In this document: in pieces, positions 8,862-19,283 of the stretch
How positions within the stretch are numbered: position 1 is the first letter of the stretch
How the letters are laid out: each line of letters begins with the position of its first letter
DNA from: an uncultured Candidatus Saccharibacteria bacterium
GTDB taxonomy: Bacteria > Patescibacteriota > Minisyncoccia > Phycocordibacterales > JABMNX01
Reading direction: 5' to 3'
Length of the DNA: 35,454 nt
Assembly (NCBI GenBank): GCA_964625905.1
Contig: CAZVBS010000003.1
Coordinates: 1 to 35,454, forward strand
The notes under the pieces: model-generated
Told to the model about the DNA's origin: nothing
Database searches by the model: none
What the model saw: the letters and a program-made list of their open reading frames with translations, nothing else
Program-made: the position numbers and the translations under genes

Positions 8862-9704
8862 CTACACTCCAGTCCCTGGTTTACACAAGTCCCCTATTTC
8901 ATCAAGAATCTCAGGGATCAACTCAGACTTAACTCCATTTGTCTCAAGAATACTATTGTTTTCTTTTATATCTCTACATAAAAGCACCTTATTTTCTATA
9001 AGTCTTTTCCTGTCCCCCTCTGGAATCCTAGTAAGACAGGTTATTGGGTGCAACCCAGTCTCTGCTATAAGTGAGTAAAGGTTTCCTTGATCCTTGTCTC
9101 CTCTAGGATATTCCCAGCTAATCATCTTCAGACCAACACATTTTCCGTATGAGATAGCGTTTTTAGTGAATTTTGTGTTTGTTATAAGGATACCCTCATC
9201 TACTTCTCCTGATTTAATAAGGTCATCAAAACGAGCGTATACATAGAGTGCAACTTTAAGATCTGACTTTATTCCTTGACGGTTATGAAACTTTATTTCT
9301 GCACCGTACGTCCGGTTTTCTTTTTTTGCAAACAAATCAACCTCATGTTCTGCACATTTACCTTTCAACATAATTCCCGTTGAGGACGTGTACCCTTTTG
9401 CTCGATAAATCTCAGCAATAAAATCCTCGAAAGGGAACCCGCTTGGACCAAGGTCAAACACAGCCTTTTTTAGAGAATATTTTGCTGCAGTTGGACCTTT
9501 GTCTTTATCGCGAAGAAGTTCAAAAGCGTTTCTATAAATTTTCTTGGTTGTCATGCCCTCGACCAATCCAGATGTCACGTTCTTTACAACATCTTTTATC
9601 ATAGATGCAGATGCACCGGCGCGTTCAAGAGATTGCTCTAGCTTTGAAGTTTCAAACGGCTCCGTACTCCCATCTGCTTTTTTAATAAGAATTACTTTTG
9701 TCAT
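8862..9704 (-). CDS. ATP-cone domain fused to Mrr-like restriction endonuclease domain
   Basis: N-terminal IKKADGSTEPFETSKL (ATP cone); G.PFE, EVD, EIK and ITNTKFT..A (Mrr-like PD-(D/E)XK). Confidence 0.85.
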   Translation of the reverse strand: MTKVILIKKADGSTEPFETSKLEQSLERAGASASMIKDVVKNVTSGLVEGMTTKKIYRNAFELLRDKDKGPTAAKYSLKKAVFDLGPSGFPFEDFIAEIYRAKGYTSSTGIMLKGKCAEHEVDLFAKKENRTYGAEIKFHNRQGIKSDLKVALYVYARFDDLIKSGEVDEGILITNTKFTKNAISYGKCVGLKMISWEYPRGDKDQGNLYSLIAETGLHPITCLTRIPEGDRKRLIENKVLLCRDIKENNSILETNGVKSELIPEILDEIGDLCKPGTGV

Positions 9705-9759
9705 TAGAGATAGTATACCCTATTTTCTTCTAGGTATAATTACTTAAGTTCTCAAGAAC

Positions 9760-10833
9760 TTAAGTAATTATACCTCCGCCAATACACTCATTCCCATCAT
9801 ATATAACTAAAGATTGTCCACGAGCTAGTCCATGTTGAGGTTCTTTAAATATAACCTTCTCTCCTCCTATTTTACATGGATAAAGCTCCCCACGGTGTCT
9901 AATACGTGCTTGGTACTCTTTTTCACTATTTTTTCCATTTGCTGGTGCTTTTGTTATCCAGTTAGTTTGCTCTAGTAAGATTTCTTTTTTATTAAAATCC
10001 ACATCATTTGGCTTATGGGAAACGGTGATGGTATTTTCTTTTATATCTTTACTTACAATATAGTACGGCTTTCTGTCTGTATTTTTCTCAGAGATTGTAA
10101 AACCATGACGTTGTCCAACGGTATAGATTTCTGCACCACTATGAGTACCAACAACATCTCCTTTAGTATTAAATACATTACCCTTTTTCAGGTCTATGTA
10201 ATGACCAAGAAACTCTTCAAGGTCTACATGACCTAAAAAACAGATTCCTTGGCTATCTTTTTTATCTGCAGTTAATAAGTCATATTTCTTTGCTAATTTT
10301 CTAACTTTATCTTTTTTAAACCCGCCAACTGGAAACAGTACTGAATTAAGTTCTTTTTGTGTTAACGTCCATAAGAAATATGACTGGTCTTTATTCTTAT
10401 CTTCTCCCTGAAGTAGTTTGAACTCGTTATTACTCACTTCTTTAACTTGCGCGTAATGACCTGTTGCGATATAGTCTGCACCCTCTTTCTTAGCAAACTC
10501 CATAAAGCTTCCAAACTTAACGTACTTATTACACATAACATCAGGGTTCGGTGTCCGCCCTTTTTTATACTCAGAGATCATATAGTCTGCCACTTCTTTC
10601 TTGTACTCCTTTTCAAGGTCTAGAGTTAGAAATGGTATGTCGAGACGTACGCAAACACGCATAGCATCTGTTCTTTCCTTTTCCCATTCACAATCTAAGA
10701 AGTCAGGTTGCCATACTTTAATAAAGACTCCAACGACGTTATATCCAACGTCTTTAAGAAGCGCAGCAGAAACAGATGAGTCTACCCCGCCACTAACTCC
10801 AATATACACTGTTTTTTCTTTATTTTTTTTCAT
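9760..10833 (-). CDS. mnmA: tRNA 2-thiouridine(34) synthase
   Basis: SGGVDSS, TPNPDVMCN, ATGHYA, KDQSYFL, DSQGICF and GQR motifs. Start set at the ATG of MKKNKEK. Confidence 0.97.
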   Translation of the reverse strand: MKKNKEKTVYIGVSGGVDSSVSAALLKDVGYNVVGVFIKVWQPDFLDCEWEKERTDAMRVCVRLDIPFLTLDLEKEYKKEVADYMISEYKKGRTPNPDVMCNKYVKFGSFMEFAKKEGADYIATGHYAQVKEVSNNEFKLLQGEDKNKDQSYFLWTLTQKELNSVLFPVGGFKKDKVRKLAKKYDLLTADKKDSQGICFLGHVDLEEFLGHYIDLKKGNVFNTKGDVVGTHSGAEIYTVGQRHGFTISEKNTDRKPYYIVSKDIKENTITVSHKPNDVDFNKKEILLEQTNWITKAPANGKNSEKEYQARIRHRGELYPCKIGGEKVIFKEPQHGLARGQSLVIYDGNECIGGGIIT

Positions 10834-11003
10834 ATCTCCACACACCCATCAATTGAAGGACGTCGGACGAACTCCAATTTGGTTATTATTTGTAAGTACA
10901 GTTATATCACGAAAGCTAGTAAAGTCTTAGTAATTATGGTATAAACCTACCATCGTGACACGTTGGATGAAAAAGTGTTTTACAACAAAAGGAGTTCTTT
11001 GAG

Positions 11004-11408
11004 ATGAGAAAAAGTAAAATTAGCGTAGACCTCGAAACTGATAAAGGGTAATTGATCAGCAGAAGAATGCTTTTGGGGGCTACAGCAGGCTGTCTTAGAG
11101 TTTTAAAGGAGCTCGGTCCATTAGCTGAATTCGTGACTGTTTTTAGGGTCACTTTCAGCCAAATAGCTGCAAGTGGATCTGCTGGACCAACTTTCACTAT
11201 TTATTTTAAGTGTCCACTTGTAGAAGAAATCTCACTTGGCATCGATCATAGATTAATGGGCAATCCTCATGAAAACAACTGTTGCCCATCCGCAATAGAA
11301 ATTTCTAATAAAATCATGAGTCGACTCCCGTATATGATTCGTGAGCGCTTAAAAGAATCTGAAAAAGGATTATCGAGAGTCAAAGATAAAATTGAGTCTT
11401 TTAAGTAA
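11004..11408 (+). pseudogene. Hypothetical gene interrupted by an in-frame TAA
   Basis: AAGGAG RBS precedes ATG 11004; 15 codons (MRKSKISVDLETDKG), TAA at 11049-11051, then 118 more codons in the same frame, followed by a terminator-like hairpin. Confidence 0.5.
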
Positions 11409-11429
11409 TCAAAATCAAACAAGATATAC

Positions 11430-11478
11430 GCCCACTGTAGGAGCAATAAGCTCCTCGGTGCGGTGTTTTTTCTTTTCT
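11430..11478 (+). terminator. Rho-independent terminator-like hairpin
   Basis: AGGAGC-aataa-GCTCCT stem with imperfect extension, followed by a T-rich run. Confidence 0.55.
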
Positions 11479-11505
11479 TCTTAAATCTATTATTTAAGAA
11501 TCAAT

Positions 11506-11530
11506 TTTATGGACGTCCGACGTTCATAAA
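11506..11530. repeat. Short palindrome TTTATGGACGTCCGACGTTCATAAA
   Basis: 12-bp arms around a 1-nt centre; related degenerate copy GGACGTCGGACG near 10858. Confidence 0.65.
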
Positions 11531-11597
11531 TAAATCTATCGATCCACTAATTAACTTGTTTGTCGTAATTTAGTGATCGGACCACTAAGTTGATTAT

Positions 11598-12623
11598 TTA
11601 GTCGATGTATATGGCTTTTTTTCTTGAGTGCTCCGCGAAAGTTTTACTAAAGTGAGTTACTCCGCTTTTATCTGCTAAATAGTAGTAATAGTTGTTTTTA
11701 GTTGGAGTTACTGCGGCTAGGATTGAATCTAGCCCAGGATTTGCAATAGGTCCAGGTGGAAGTCCTGTATTTTTGTATGTGTTGTATGGAGAATCCATTT
11801 GTAAATCTTCAAGAGATAGTTGCGATGTACCCTTTCCGAGAAGATACGCAAATGATGCATCAACCTGAAGAGCCATATTAATATCTATTCGATTCCATAA
11901 CACTCCAGATATTTCGCGTTTTGTTTCAAAATCATTCGCCTCTAATTCAATAATGGATGCCATGGTAATAATATCCTTTATAGAGACATTAGAATTCTTC
12001 ATAAATACTTCTACGTCACCACCTATTTCTTGTAAGCGTATACTAAAATTAGTCTTCATTGTTTTGTACACCTCCTCCTCACTTACATTTGGTAAGAAAT
12101 TATACGTGTCAGGAAACAAATATCCTTCGTCGTTTTTAGATAAAGATATGAACTTCGTCATATCGAATGTCTCTATTGTATTAGATAGATGTAGCGCCAC
12201 CTCTTTGTTATTTAGTCCTTCTGGCACTAAGACTGTTATTGGTGTTAGATTAAATCTACCTTTAGTTATTCTGTAAGAAATTGTAAATACGTTTTCTTTT
12301 TTATTTAAAAGATATTCCCCTGCATGTGAACTTTTTTCACCGCCAAGTAAAATAATCCCAGCCCTAAAAAGAAATGGAGAACGTATAATGTTAAGTGATT
12401 TAAAATCCATAGCAATTTCTTTTAGAATAGAACCTTTTTCTACAATAACAATTTGCTTAATTGGAAAATCTAGAGGGGCACGAACAAAAAGATTATAAAA
12501 AGAAAAAACAAGAATAAAAGCTGAAATAGTTAATGTTACTTTAGTGCGAGATCCAAATAAGGAACCACTTTTGTGTATGTTTAGACCTTTTTGCTGTGAT
12601 TCCTCTTGTTGATGTTCATCCAT
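11598..12623 (-). CDS. mltG: Endolytic transglycosylase MltG
   Basis: N-terminal TM, VPEG, EGYLFPDTY, MASIIELE, LQVDA and SPYNTY..GLPPGPIANPG. Confidence 0.96.
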   Translation of the reverse strand: MDEHQQEESQQKGLNIHKSGSLFGSRTKVTLTISAFILVFSFYNLFVRAPLDFPIKQIVIVEKGSILKEIAMDFKSLNIIRSPFLFRAGIILLGGEKSSHAGEYLLNKKENVFTISYRITKGRFNLTPITVLVPEGLNNKEVALHLSNTIETFDMTKFISLSKNDEGYLFPDTYNFLPNVSEEEVYKTMKTNFSIRLQEIGGDVEVFMKNSNVSIKDIITMASIIELEANDFETKREISGVLWNRIDINMALQVDASFAYLLGKGTSQLSLEDLQMDSPYNTYKNTGLPPGPIANPGLDSILAAVTPTKNNYYYYLADKSGVTHFSKTFAEHSRKKAIYID

Positions 12624-12647
12624 ATCTATTTCTTTTCTGAGATAACT

Positions 12648-13997
12648 TTATTTAGTTGGTAGATTAAATGGAGCATCGCCCTTTGTAGATTGAATACGTC
12701 CAAGAGTAGGGGCCTGCACAACTGAACCAGGGAAATGAAACATAGTAGCTAATTCCTCTGTATTAAGCACAAAAGAAGGTGTCTTATAAGGTGCATGGAA
12801 ATAAGAGCGATGTTTATATGCATCTATTATTTCTCTTTTGTTTCTTTCTTTTTTCCATCCAAAGATATCTTGCCACGGATAGTCATATCCTATAAACCAT
12901 CTTGTTGGAGCAAATCCATTAAGGCTTCCAGAATTGAGTTGTTTGAATGAAGAAGTTAATCCAGCTATATTCGATGGATTAAACTTGCCTGATTTAGCAA
13001 TATATATACCTCTTATTCCAACATCATATCCCGCCTTTGAAATACTTCTCTCTAGTGCTTTTATTTTATCTACTTCTCCGGGGGTAGGATTTGGAAAACC
13101 TTGGCGTTCCTTACCTTGCTCATCGGTATATTTCTGTGTAGCATCATCTCTTATATTTTTTATCTCTTCTTCAGCTTCTTCTTTCCAGCTTGTTGTCTTT
13201 GTAAATAAAGCGCCACCTTTATACTTTCTATCATCTTTTAATTTATCTTTATTTGTACGTATTAAAATCTGAAACCATAATTGTTCATCAGGACCAATAT
13301 GTCCAAGAAACTCGAAGAATCCAGCCATTGGGTCTATCTTAAACTCTTCTTTAGGATCTTTATCAAGTCCATAGTCAACATATGTCTTAATAGGATATGC
13401 ATCCTTTCCTGTTAGTTTAAAGTCACACCCCCATAACTCATACGCGTCAGGACTATATCGTAATTTTTTCGCATAATCGTCTACTTCAATTATTTCAACT
13501 GTGGGATATTGTCCATAAATTTGAGCTTCAACAACGTCCTTAAGAAATTTAGAAGTATATATATAAAAATGTATCTCTCCACCAATAGAAACCATTTCAA
13601 GAGAATACCAAGACCTTACCTTGCCTTGAAAATTTCTATTTATGAAGGTTGTTTCACCCATACCTATATGCATATTACTTAGAACAGTTTCCATTGCTTG
13701 TGGAGACCGTACTATCTCACGTGGTAAACGTATTTCAAGTAAAACGTACTCTTGTTTATTTATAAACTTAGCTCTTATATATTTAATCCACGATTTCCAG
13801 AATATAATAAATAAAATTGGTGGAAATAGAATTGGAGCGGATAATAAAATTATTTCAAAAGATGGACCAATCTTAAGTCCTAAGATATATGAAGCAAACC
13901 ATAATAACCCAAGAAATATAATCACCAAAAACCAAGCTGAAGAAATATTAAAACCATCAATTGTTTTGGAAATACTTTTTAATGGACTTAGAAACAT
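12648..13997 (-). CDS. Conserved membrane-anchored hypothetical protein (CPR-type)
   Basis: 449 aa; two N-terminal TMs; LLEIRLP, YSLEMVS, QIYGQYP and LNTEELATMFHFP. From recall, similar to the N-terminal region of CPR VirD4/TraG-like ATPase proteins, but no Walker A is present. Confidence 0.7.
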   Translation of the reverse strand: MFLSPLKSISKTIDGFNISSAWFLVIIFLGLLWFASYILGLKIGPSFEIILLSAPILFPPILFIIFWKSWIKYIRAKFINKQEYVLLEIRLPREIVRSPQAMETVLSNMHIGMGETTFINRNFQGKVRSWYSLEMVSIGGEIHFYIYTSKFLKDVVEAQIYGQYPTVEIIEVDDYAKKLRYSPDAYELWGCDFKLTGKDAYPIKTYVDYGLDKDPKEEFKIDPMAGFFEFLGHIGPDEQLWFQILIRTNKDKLKDDRKYKGGALFTKTTSWKEEAEEEIKNIRDDATQKYTDEQGKERQGFPNPTPGEVDKIKALERSISKAGYDVGIRGIYIAKSGKFNPSNIAGLTSSFKQLNSGSLNGFAPTRWFIGYDYPWQDIFGWKKERNKREIIDAYKHRSYFHAPYKTPSFVLNTEELATMFHFPGSVVQAPTLGRIQSTKGDAPFNLPTK

Positions 13998-14055
13998 TGT
14001 GTTAAATTATACAACCTGTTTACTCAAGAGCAAAGCGATTGATTTGTAAACAGCA

Positions 14056-14173
14056 GTGCTTTAGTGCTACCGATTTCTCTAGGAGTGAAACGACTAGTTA
14101 GAAATCGCAGTGCAAAGCCAGCACATTAATACAAAAAACCCCATCACGCTGGGGTATTTTTCGTATTAATGTA
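14056..14173. repeat. Structured intergenic element: hairpin with GAGTGAAACGA loop plus terminator-like hairpin
   Basis: CGATTTCT..CTAG-GAGTGAAACGA-CTAG..AGAAATCG, then ACATTAATAC..AAAAA.CCCCA..TGGGG.TTTTT.GTATTAATGT. The loop motif is shared with the 25.5 and 33.5 kb modules. Confidence 0.65.
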
Positions 14174-14182
14174 GTTTAATAA

Positions 14183-15211
14183 TTAGAGTATTGAGTACTT
14201 ACCTCCTTTGTCTTTCTTAAATACATTTGTATCTTGTAAGTTTACTAAGATAGTATTGTCTTTTACATATCTCTCTTTTCGTATTCTGTCTATTAAGTCC
14301 ACTTTAGTTAAAGGACCTTCTGTTGAAAGTATGTCACGAAGAACATCTTTTACAACTCCACTTGAATATCCCCATTCAGAAAGCGCATATAAACCTCTTC
14401 CAACAAGAACAAATCGTTTATCTTTTATAAGTTCATTATGACATGTTGCCACATGAGCTTTTTTGTTAAATAAATCAGTAATCATGTTAGCAACTTCAGT
14501 GAAGTGCATTGGTGAACCATGACGTTTTATTGCTAGATATGCAAAATCTCTCATACCTTTAGCTCGTACATTTGAAGATGATGATTGTCCCCATTCTCCT
14601 AGAGGGTTTTTTGAGATTGTCTTTGAAAGAGATAACCATCTACGAAGTATTTCATCTTGTAAATATTGTTCATTAGTATGCTTCATCTCGTTTAAAAATG
14701 AATCAATTAATTTTGATTCTACAACGAGCTCATCATCTGAAAGATTTAAATAAAGGTTCCGTAGTGCTTTATGTACGTTATTTGCAAGTTCTTCGTCTAT
14801 ATACCATCTTTGAGTAAATTCTGAGTCTTCTTTTTTATATACAAAAGGATTACCAAGTACAAGTAGAAAATGAATGTGGTTTTGTGTGCTTTTATTTTTA
14901 GAAATACTTGAAAGTAATTCTTCTTCCGAAACGATTCCACCTAAAGAGTTGACGTATTCTTCTAATTCATTAAAAGTGTTAGACACTTCTTCAAATTTGT
15001 CTGATTTACGTATACTTATAAGTGCATGATTCTCAATCTGACGAACTCGTTCTCGAGTAATACCATATTTTTCACCAATAGATTCCAGTGTTTTCTTTTC
15101 AGTATCCTTTCCAAGGCCAAAACGACTACTAAGAATATCTCCAGATCTTTCTGGTAGAGAATCAAGTAATATCTTGGATATTTGTTTTGGTTTGAAAGTT
15201 ATTTTCGTCAT
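14183..15211 (-). CDS. Sigma-70 region 4 HTH plus C-terminal winged-HTH protein (not a full sigma factor)
   Basis: RFGL..TLESIG..YGITRERVRQIE; C-terminal HNELIKDKRFVLVGRGLYAL; no region 2 visible. Confidence 0.85.
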   Translation of the reverse strand: MTKITFKPKQISKILLDSLPERSGDILSSRFGLGKDTEKKTLESIGEKYGITRERVRQIENHALISIRKSDKFEEVSNTFNELEEYVNSLGGIVSEEELLSSISKNKSTQNHIHFLLVLGNPFVYKKEDSEFTQRWYIDEELANNVHKALRNLYLNLSDDELVVESKLIDSFLNEMKHTNEQYLQDEILRRWLSLSKTISKNPLGEWGQSSSSNVRAKGMRDFAYLAIKRHGSPMHFTEVANMITDLFNKKAHVATCHNELIKDKRFVLVGRGLYALSEWGYSSGVVKDVLRDILSTEGPLTKVDLIDRIRKERYVKDNTILVNLQDTNVFKKDKGGKYSIL

Positions 15212-15296
15212 ATCTCACGTATTGATAAGTTTTAAATAGTGTACCCTAATTTTTGTCATTTGTCTAGTATTTAGTCAAGTACCACATTATAACCTG

Positions 15297-17678
15297 TTAA
15301 ACAACTATGTTTATAAGCCTATTTTCAATGTAGATGACTTTTTTGACTTCTCCATTAAGCCATTTAGACAATTTACTATCACTCTTAATAAGCTCAAGGA
15401 TAGCTTTCTCATTTGCTCCAGAAATACTCTCTACTCCACCCCTTGTCTTGCCATTAATCTGTACAGCTACAAATACTGTGTCTGAGACAATCTTAGATTC
15501 GTCATATTCTGGCCATTTCTCAAGATGGATAGATGAATTATTTCCTATCTTCTCCCAAAGCTCCTCTGTAATATATGGAGCAAAAGGAGCAAGTAGAACT
15601 AGGAATGTTTCCAGTTGTTTTTTTGTTATAGACTTTTCTTTTTCGGCAATATTAACAAAAATCATCATTGAACTTATTGCGGTATTAAACTTTAGCGATT
15701 CAATATCTTCTGTTATTTTTTTGATTGTCTGATGAAGTGTATTCTCAACTATCTTTATCTCACTTTTAATTTCTTTTATTTCTGACATACGCCATACACG
15801 TTCAAGGAATCTTCTTGGCCCTATAATACTTTCTGTATTCCAAGGTTTTGCATCTTCTATTGGACCCATAAACATTTCATACACACGTAAAGTATCTGCT
15901 CCATAATTTTCTATTACTTCGTTTGGGTTGATCACGTTTCCAAGAGATTTACTCATCTTTCTACCATCCTCAGCTAATATCATTCCTTGATGTCGTAGTT
16001 TTGAAAATGGTTCATCAAACTCAATGTATCCAAGTTTTTTTAGAACCTTTACAAAGAAACGAGAATACAATAGATGAAGCACTGTATGTTCTGCCCCACC
16101 CATATAAAGATCGACTGGCATCCATTTTTTCATTTGCGACTTTGAAGCGAACTCTTTGTCATTTTTAGGATCTGTAAAACGTAAGAAGTACCAACTTGAA
16201 CATACAAATGTATCCATAGTATCTACTTCAGGTGTCCACCCCTCTCCAAATATCTTTTTGGTTCTTTCTTTTAATTCTTTTGATTTAGAAAGAGGAGAAT
16301 ATCCCTTTGGTTCAAAGTCAACGTCATCAGGTAGTAACCAAGGAAGATGTTCTTCAGGTACTGCGTGTGGATTACCTTCAGGGTCATACACGATAGGTAT
16401 TGGTGCTCCCCAGTATCTTTGTCGAGAGATAAGCCAATCACGAAGTTTGTATGTAGTTTTCATTTCCCCACCAACTTTCTTTGTTATCTTTTCTTTTACT
16501 TCTTCACTCGTGAGTCCATCAAATTCTCCTGAGTTTATTAAGGCTCCATCTCCTGTATATATTTCTGTAATATTATCTTTTGAAGACAAAACTTCTTGTA
16601 TAGAAAGATTAAACTTCTTAGCAAACGCAAAATCTCGTTCATCGTGCGCAGGCACTGCCATAATCGCTCCTGTACCATATCCTGAAAGTACATAGTCAGC
16701 AATAAATATAGGAATCTCTTCTTGATTCGCAGGATTAATAGCTTTTACTCCAATGAGCTCCACTCCAGTCTTTTCTTTTTCATCTTTTTGTCTATCAAGG
16801 TCTGTCTTATTTTCTGCTTCTTTTATATACTTTTCCACTTCTTGCCAATTCTCGATTGAACTTTTAAGTTTTTCTACTAATTCGTGCTCCGGTGCAAGTA
16901 CTATATATGTAGTACCAAAGAGTGTATCAGGTCGTGTCGTAAACACGGATATATCTAATCCTGAATCTTTAATTTTAAAGTCAATCTCAGCTCCACTACT
17001 CCTTCCTATCCAGTTTCGTTGATTTGTTACAGTCGATTCTGGCCAGTCAATACTATCAAGGTCATCAACGAGTGCGTCTGCATAATCTGTAATCTTAAAA
17101 AACCATTGAGCCATTTCTCGTTTTTCTACCTTTGCACCTGAACGCTCTGCTGTCCCATCAGCAAGGACTTGCTCGTTTGCTAAGACAGTCTGGTCTACTG
17201 GATCCCAATTTACCTTCGCTTCTTTTTTATACGCTAGTCCATTTTTATATAAAAGTAAAAAGAACCACTGAGTCCACCTGTAATACTCTGGCGTATGTGT
17301 TCCTATTTCTCTACTCCAATCATACGAAATACCGGTACTTTTTATCTGTTCTGTAAAATTCTTTATTGCTTTTGCTGTTGTTTCTTTGGGATGTACTCCT
17401 GTTTTAATAGCGTAGTTTTCTGCAGGAAGTCCAAATGCATCCCACCCAATAGGATGAAGTACATTAAATCCATTCATCCTTTTAAATCTAGAATATATAT
17501 CTGTGGCTGTATAATTCTCTATATGTCCAACATGAAGTCCTTCACCAGATGGGTATGGATACATGTCTAATACGTAACACTTTTCTTTTTTGAAGTCTTC
17601 ATCTGTTGCGTACAGGTCTTTTTTTGCCCACACTTCTCTCCATTTTTTCTCTACATCATTATGATTGTAAAAAGACAT
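15297..17678 (-). CDS. leuS: Leucine--tRNA ligase
   Basis: YPYPSG.GLHVGH, GWDAFGLPAEN, editing motifs FTTRPDT and GTGAIMAVPAHD.RD, KMSKS. Confidence 0.98.
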   Translation of the reverse strand: MSFYNHNDVEKKWREVWAKKDLYATDEDFKKEKCYVLDMYPYPSGEGLHVGHIENYTATDIYSRFKRMNGFNVLHPIGWDAFGLPAENYAIKTGVHPKETTAKAIKNFTEQIKSTGISYDWSREIGTHTPEYYRWTQWFFLLLYKNGLAYKKEAKVNWDPVDQTVLANEQVLADGTAERSGAKVEKREMAQWFFKITDYADALVDDLDSIDWPESTVTNQRNWIGRSSGAEIDFKIKDSGLDISVFTTRPDTLFGTTYIVLAPEHELVEKLKSSIENWQEVEKYIKEAENKTDLDRQKDEKEKTGVELIGVKAINPANQEEIPIFIADYVLSGYGTGAIMAVPAHDERDFAFAKKFNLSIQEVLSSKDNITEIYTGDGALINSGEFDGLTSEEVKEKITKKVGGEMKTTYKLRDWLISRQRYWGAPIPIVYDPEGNPHAVPEEHLPWLLPDDVDFEPKGYSPLSKSKELKERTKKIFGEGWTPEVDTMDTFVCSSWYFLRFTDPKNDKEFASKSQMKKWMPVDLYMGGAEHTVLHLLYSRFFVKVLKKLGYIEFDEPFSKLRHQGMILAEDGRKMSKSLGNVINPNEVIENYGADTLRVYEMFMGPIEDAKPWNTESIIGPRRFLERVWRMSEIKEIKSEIKIVENTLHQTIKKITEDIESLKFNTAISSMMIFVNIAEKEKSITKKQLETFLVLLAPFAPYITEELWEKIGNNSSIHLEKWPEYDESKIVSDTVFVAVQINGKTRGGVESISGANEKAILELIKSDSKLSKWLNGEVKKVIYIENRLINIVV

Positions 17679-17686
17679 AATATAAT

Positions 17687-18640
17687 TTAAAACCTTTCTT
17701 TAATTTGTGGGAACTTATCTGGATCAATTGTTCTTTTAAAACAAACTTCTCCCGCACCGTGTGCCCAGTTTTCGTCATCAAATACACGCCTAAAATTTAA
17801 AGAATTACCATCTAGTTGAATAAGTTTTTCAATATCTTCTTCATAACCACGACTCTCTTTGTTAAAGTCAGCGCAGAGTTTAAATGTAAGCCCTTCAACA
17901 ACTTCATATTTGTAAGATTTTTCTGTCTGTGAATCTTTAGGGAGATTAAACCCCACCAAAGGATCTTCTAAATCTTCTAGTTTTAGAGGAAGTTCACCTT
18001 TTTGTTGATAAAAACTTATAATCTGCCGTTGAATACTTCTTAAGCCACTTATTTTATCCTGATCATAGCGGATATCACGCATAGATTGTGGTGACCCTAT
18101 AATAAAGAATCCTCCAATGATTGTAGATAATACTAAAGCTGAAACGATTCCCCCTATCATCTTTGAAGTTTTTTCTGAATTCTCCCACACTCCTCGCAAA
18201 TCGTATAAGTAATACATAAAAACTCCACCCATAATTACAAGCACAGAAAGAACTTTTAGAATAAATCCATAAGTCATCTCTTCTCCTCCAAGGAATGTGT
18301 TTATAAGTACTATAAGGTCAACAATTATAGTCACTCCTGCAACAAACAAAGTTAAAAAGATTAACCACTTTCTTACACCGATTTCTTTTTTGGCAGAATT
18401 TTGTCTTATATCTTTGTTTATAATACGTGTCAGATATATATATAAAGGAAAGATAACAATCAGTGAAGCAATAGCAAATCTTATTGCTCCAGAGAATGGA
18501 TCATAAAAAGCACTTTTTATTACGTCTCCAAACAATACATCTATATATTGAAAAAGCAGTGTAAGGAGACTGACTGCACTTACGTATAGCGTAATTATTA
18601 TTCCAATCCAAAGGAAGAAATCTTTAGGTGTTGTTTTCAT
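17687..18640 (-). CDS. Multi-pass membrane protein with C-terminal pilin-like soluble domain (DUF5671-like)
   Basis: About 5 TMs, then GSP..R..D......I...I......GELP..L and LCA.F; family assignment is from recall. Confidence 0.7.
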   Translation of the reverse strand: MKTTPKDFFLWIGIIITLYVSAVSLLTLLFQYIDVLFGDVIKSAFYDPFSGAIRFAIASLIVIFPLYIYLTRIINKDIRQNSAKKEIGVRKWLIFLTLFVAGVTIIVDLIVLINTFLGGEEMTYGFILKVLSVLVIMGGVFMYYLYDLRGVWENSEKTSKMIGGIVSALVLSTIIGGFFIIGSPQSMRDIRYDQDKISGLRSIQRQIISFYQQKGELPLKLEDLEDPLVGFNLPKDSQTEKSYKYEVVEGLTFKLCADFNKESRGYEEDIEKLIQLDGNSLNFRRVFDDENWAHGAGEVCFKRTIDPDKFPQIKERF

Positions 18641-18760
18641 ATGGCTTTATATAATTAATAGATACATTACTACTAATTAAAACAAAGTATACATCGCAAA
18701 TGAGGGGTATACAATACGTAGAAAAATGGAGATAAAAAGACGACCCGCTAAGCTTTACGC

Positions 18761-19216
18761 TTACGGGTCGTTCATCAGTTTGATGGTGATGAGGAAATTT
18801 CCTACGCCATTTTGAATGGCTTCTGCGATGAGACCTTTGTCGACAAGTGTTGGAAACCCAAAACTAAATCTGTCGTGTTGCTTAGATTCTCCAGACCATC
18901 CACCTTCTTTTATAGAGGTACCATTAGTTATGGTAATAAAGATTGGTAAAATGATATAAAATTTATTTTTATCAGTTACAAAAACAGGTTCGGGCTTACC
19001 AGCGGTTAAGATGACGCGCGCATCACTGGGATCATCTTCCAAGCATGAAAAACCAAGAAAAGATAAGTTGTTCTCAAGCTCCACATCGATAGAAAATTTT
19101 CCAGATGGGAATATGTAAACACATTCCGATGTAATATCCAGTAGTTTTTCAGCGCCCATCGCTTTAAATCCTAATCCCAAAAACAATGTAAATGCAACAA
19201 AAAATAGGTATTTCAT
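18761..19216 (-). CDS. Hypothetical secreted protein
   Basis: 151-aa ORF with signal-peptide-like N-terminus filling the intergenic gap; a hairpin at 18740-18771 overlaps its stop. Confidence 0.6.
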   Translation of the reverse strand: MKYLFFVAFTLFLGLGFKAMGAEKLLDITSECVYIFPSGKFSIDVELENNLSFLGFSCLEDDPSDARVILTAGKPEPVFVTDKNKFYIILPIFITITNGTSIKEGGWSGESKQHDRFSFGFPTLVDKGLIAEAIQNGVGNFLITIKLMNDP

Positions 19217-19283
19217 TCTATCTCTCCGTCCAAAACAGTATTTATTCTACACAAACCATACCATTTTATTACGTAAAGTCAAT

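Noticed and set aside
14183-15211. rpoD or another full sigma factor
   Set aside because: Only a region-4-like HTH at the N-terminus; no region 2.
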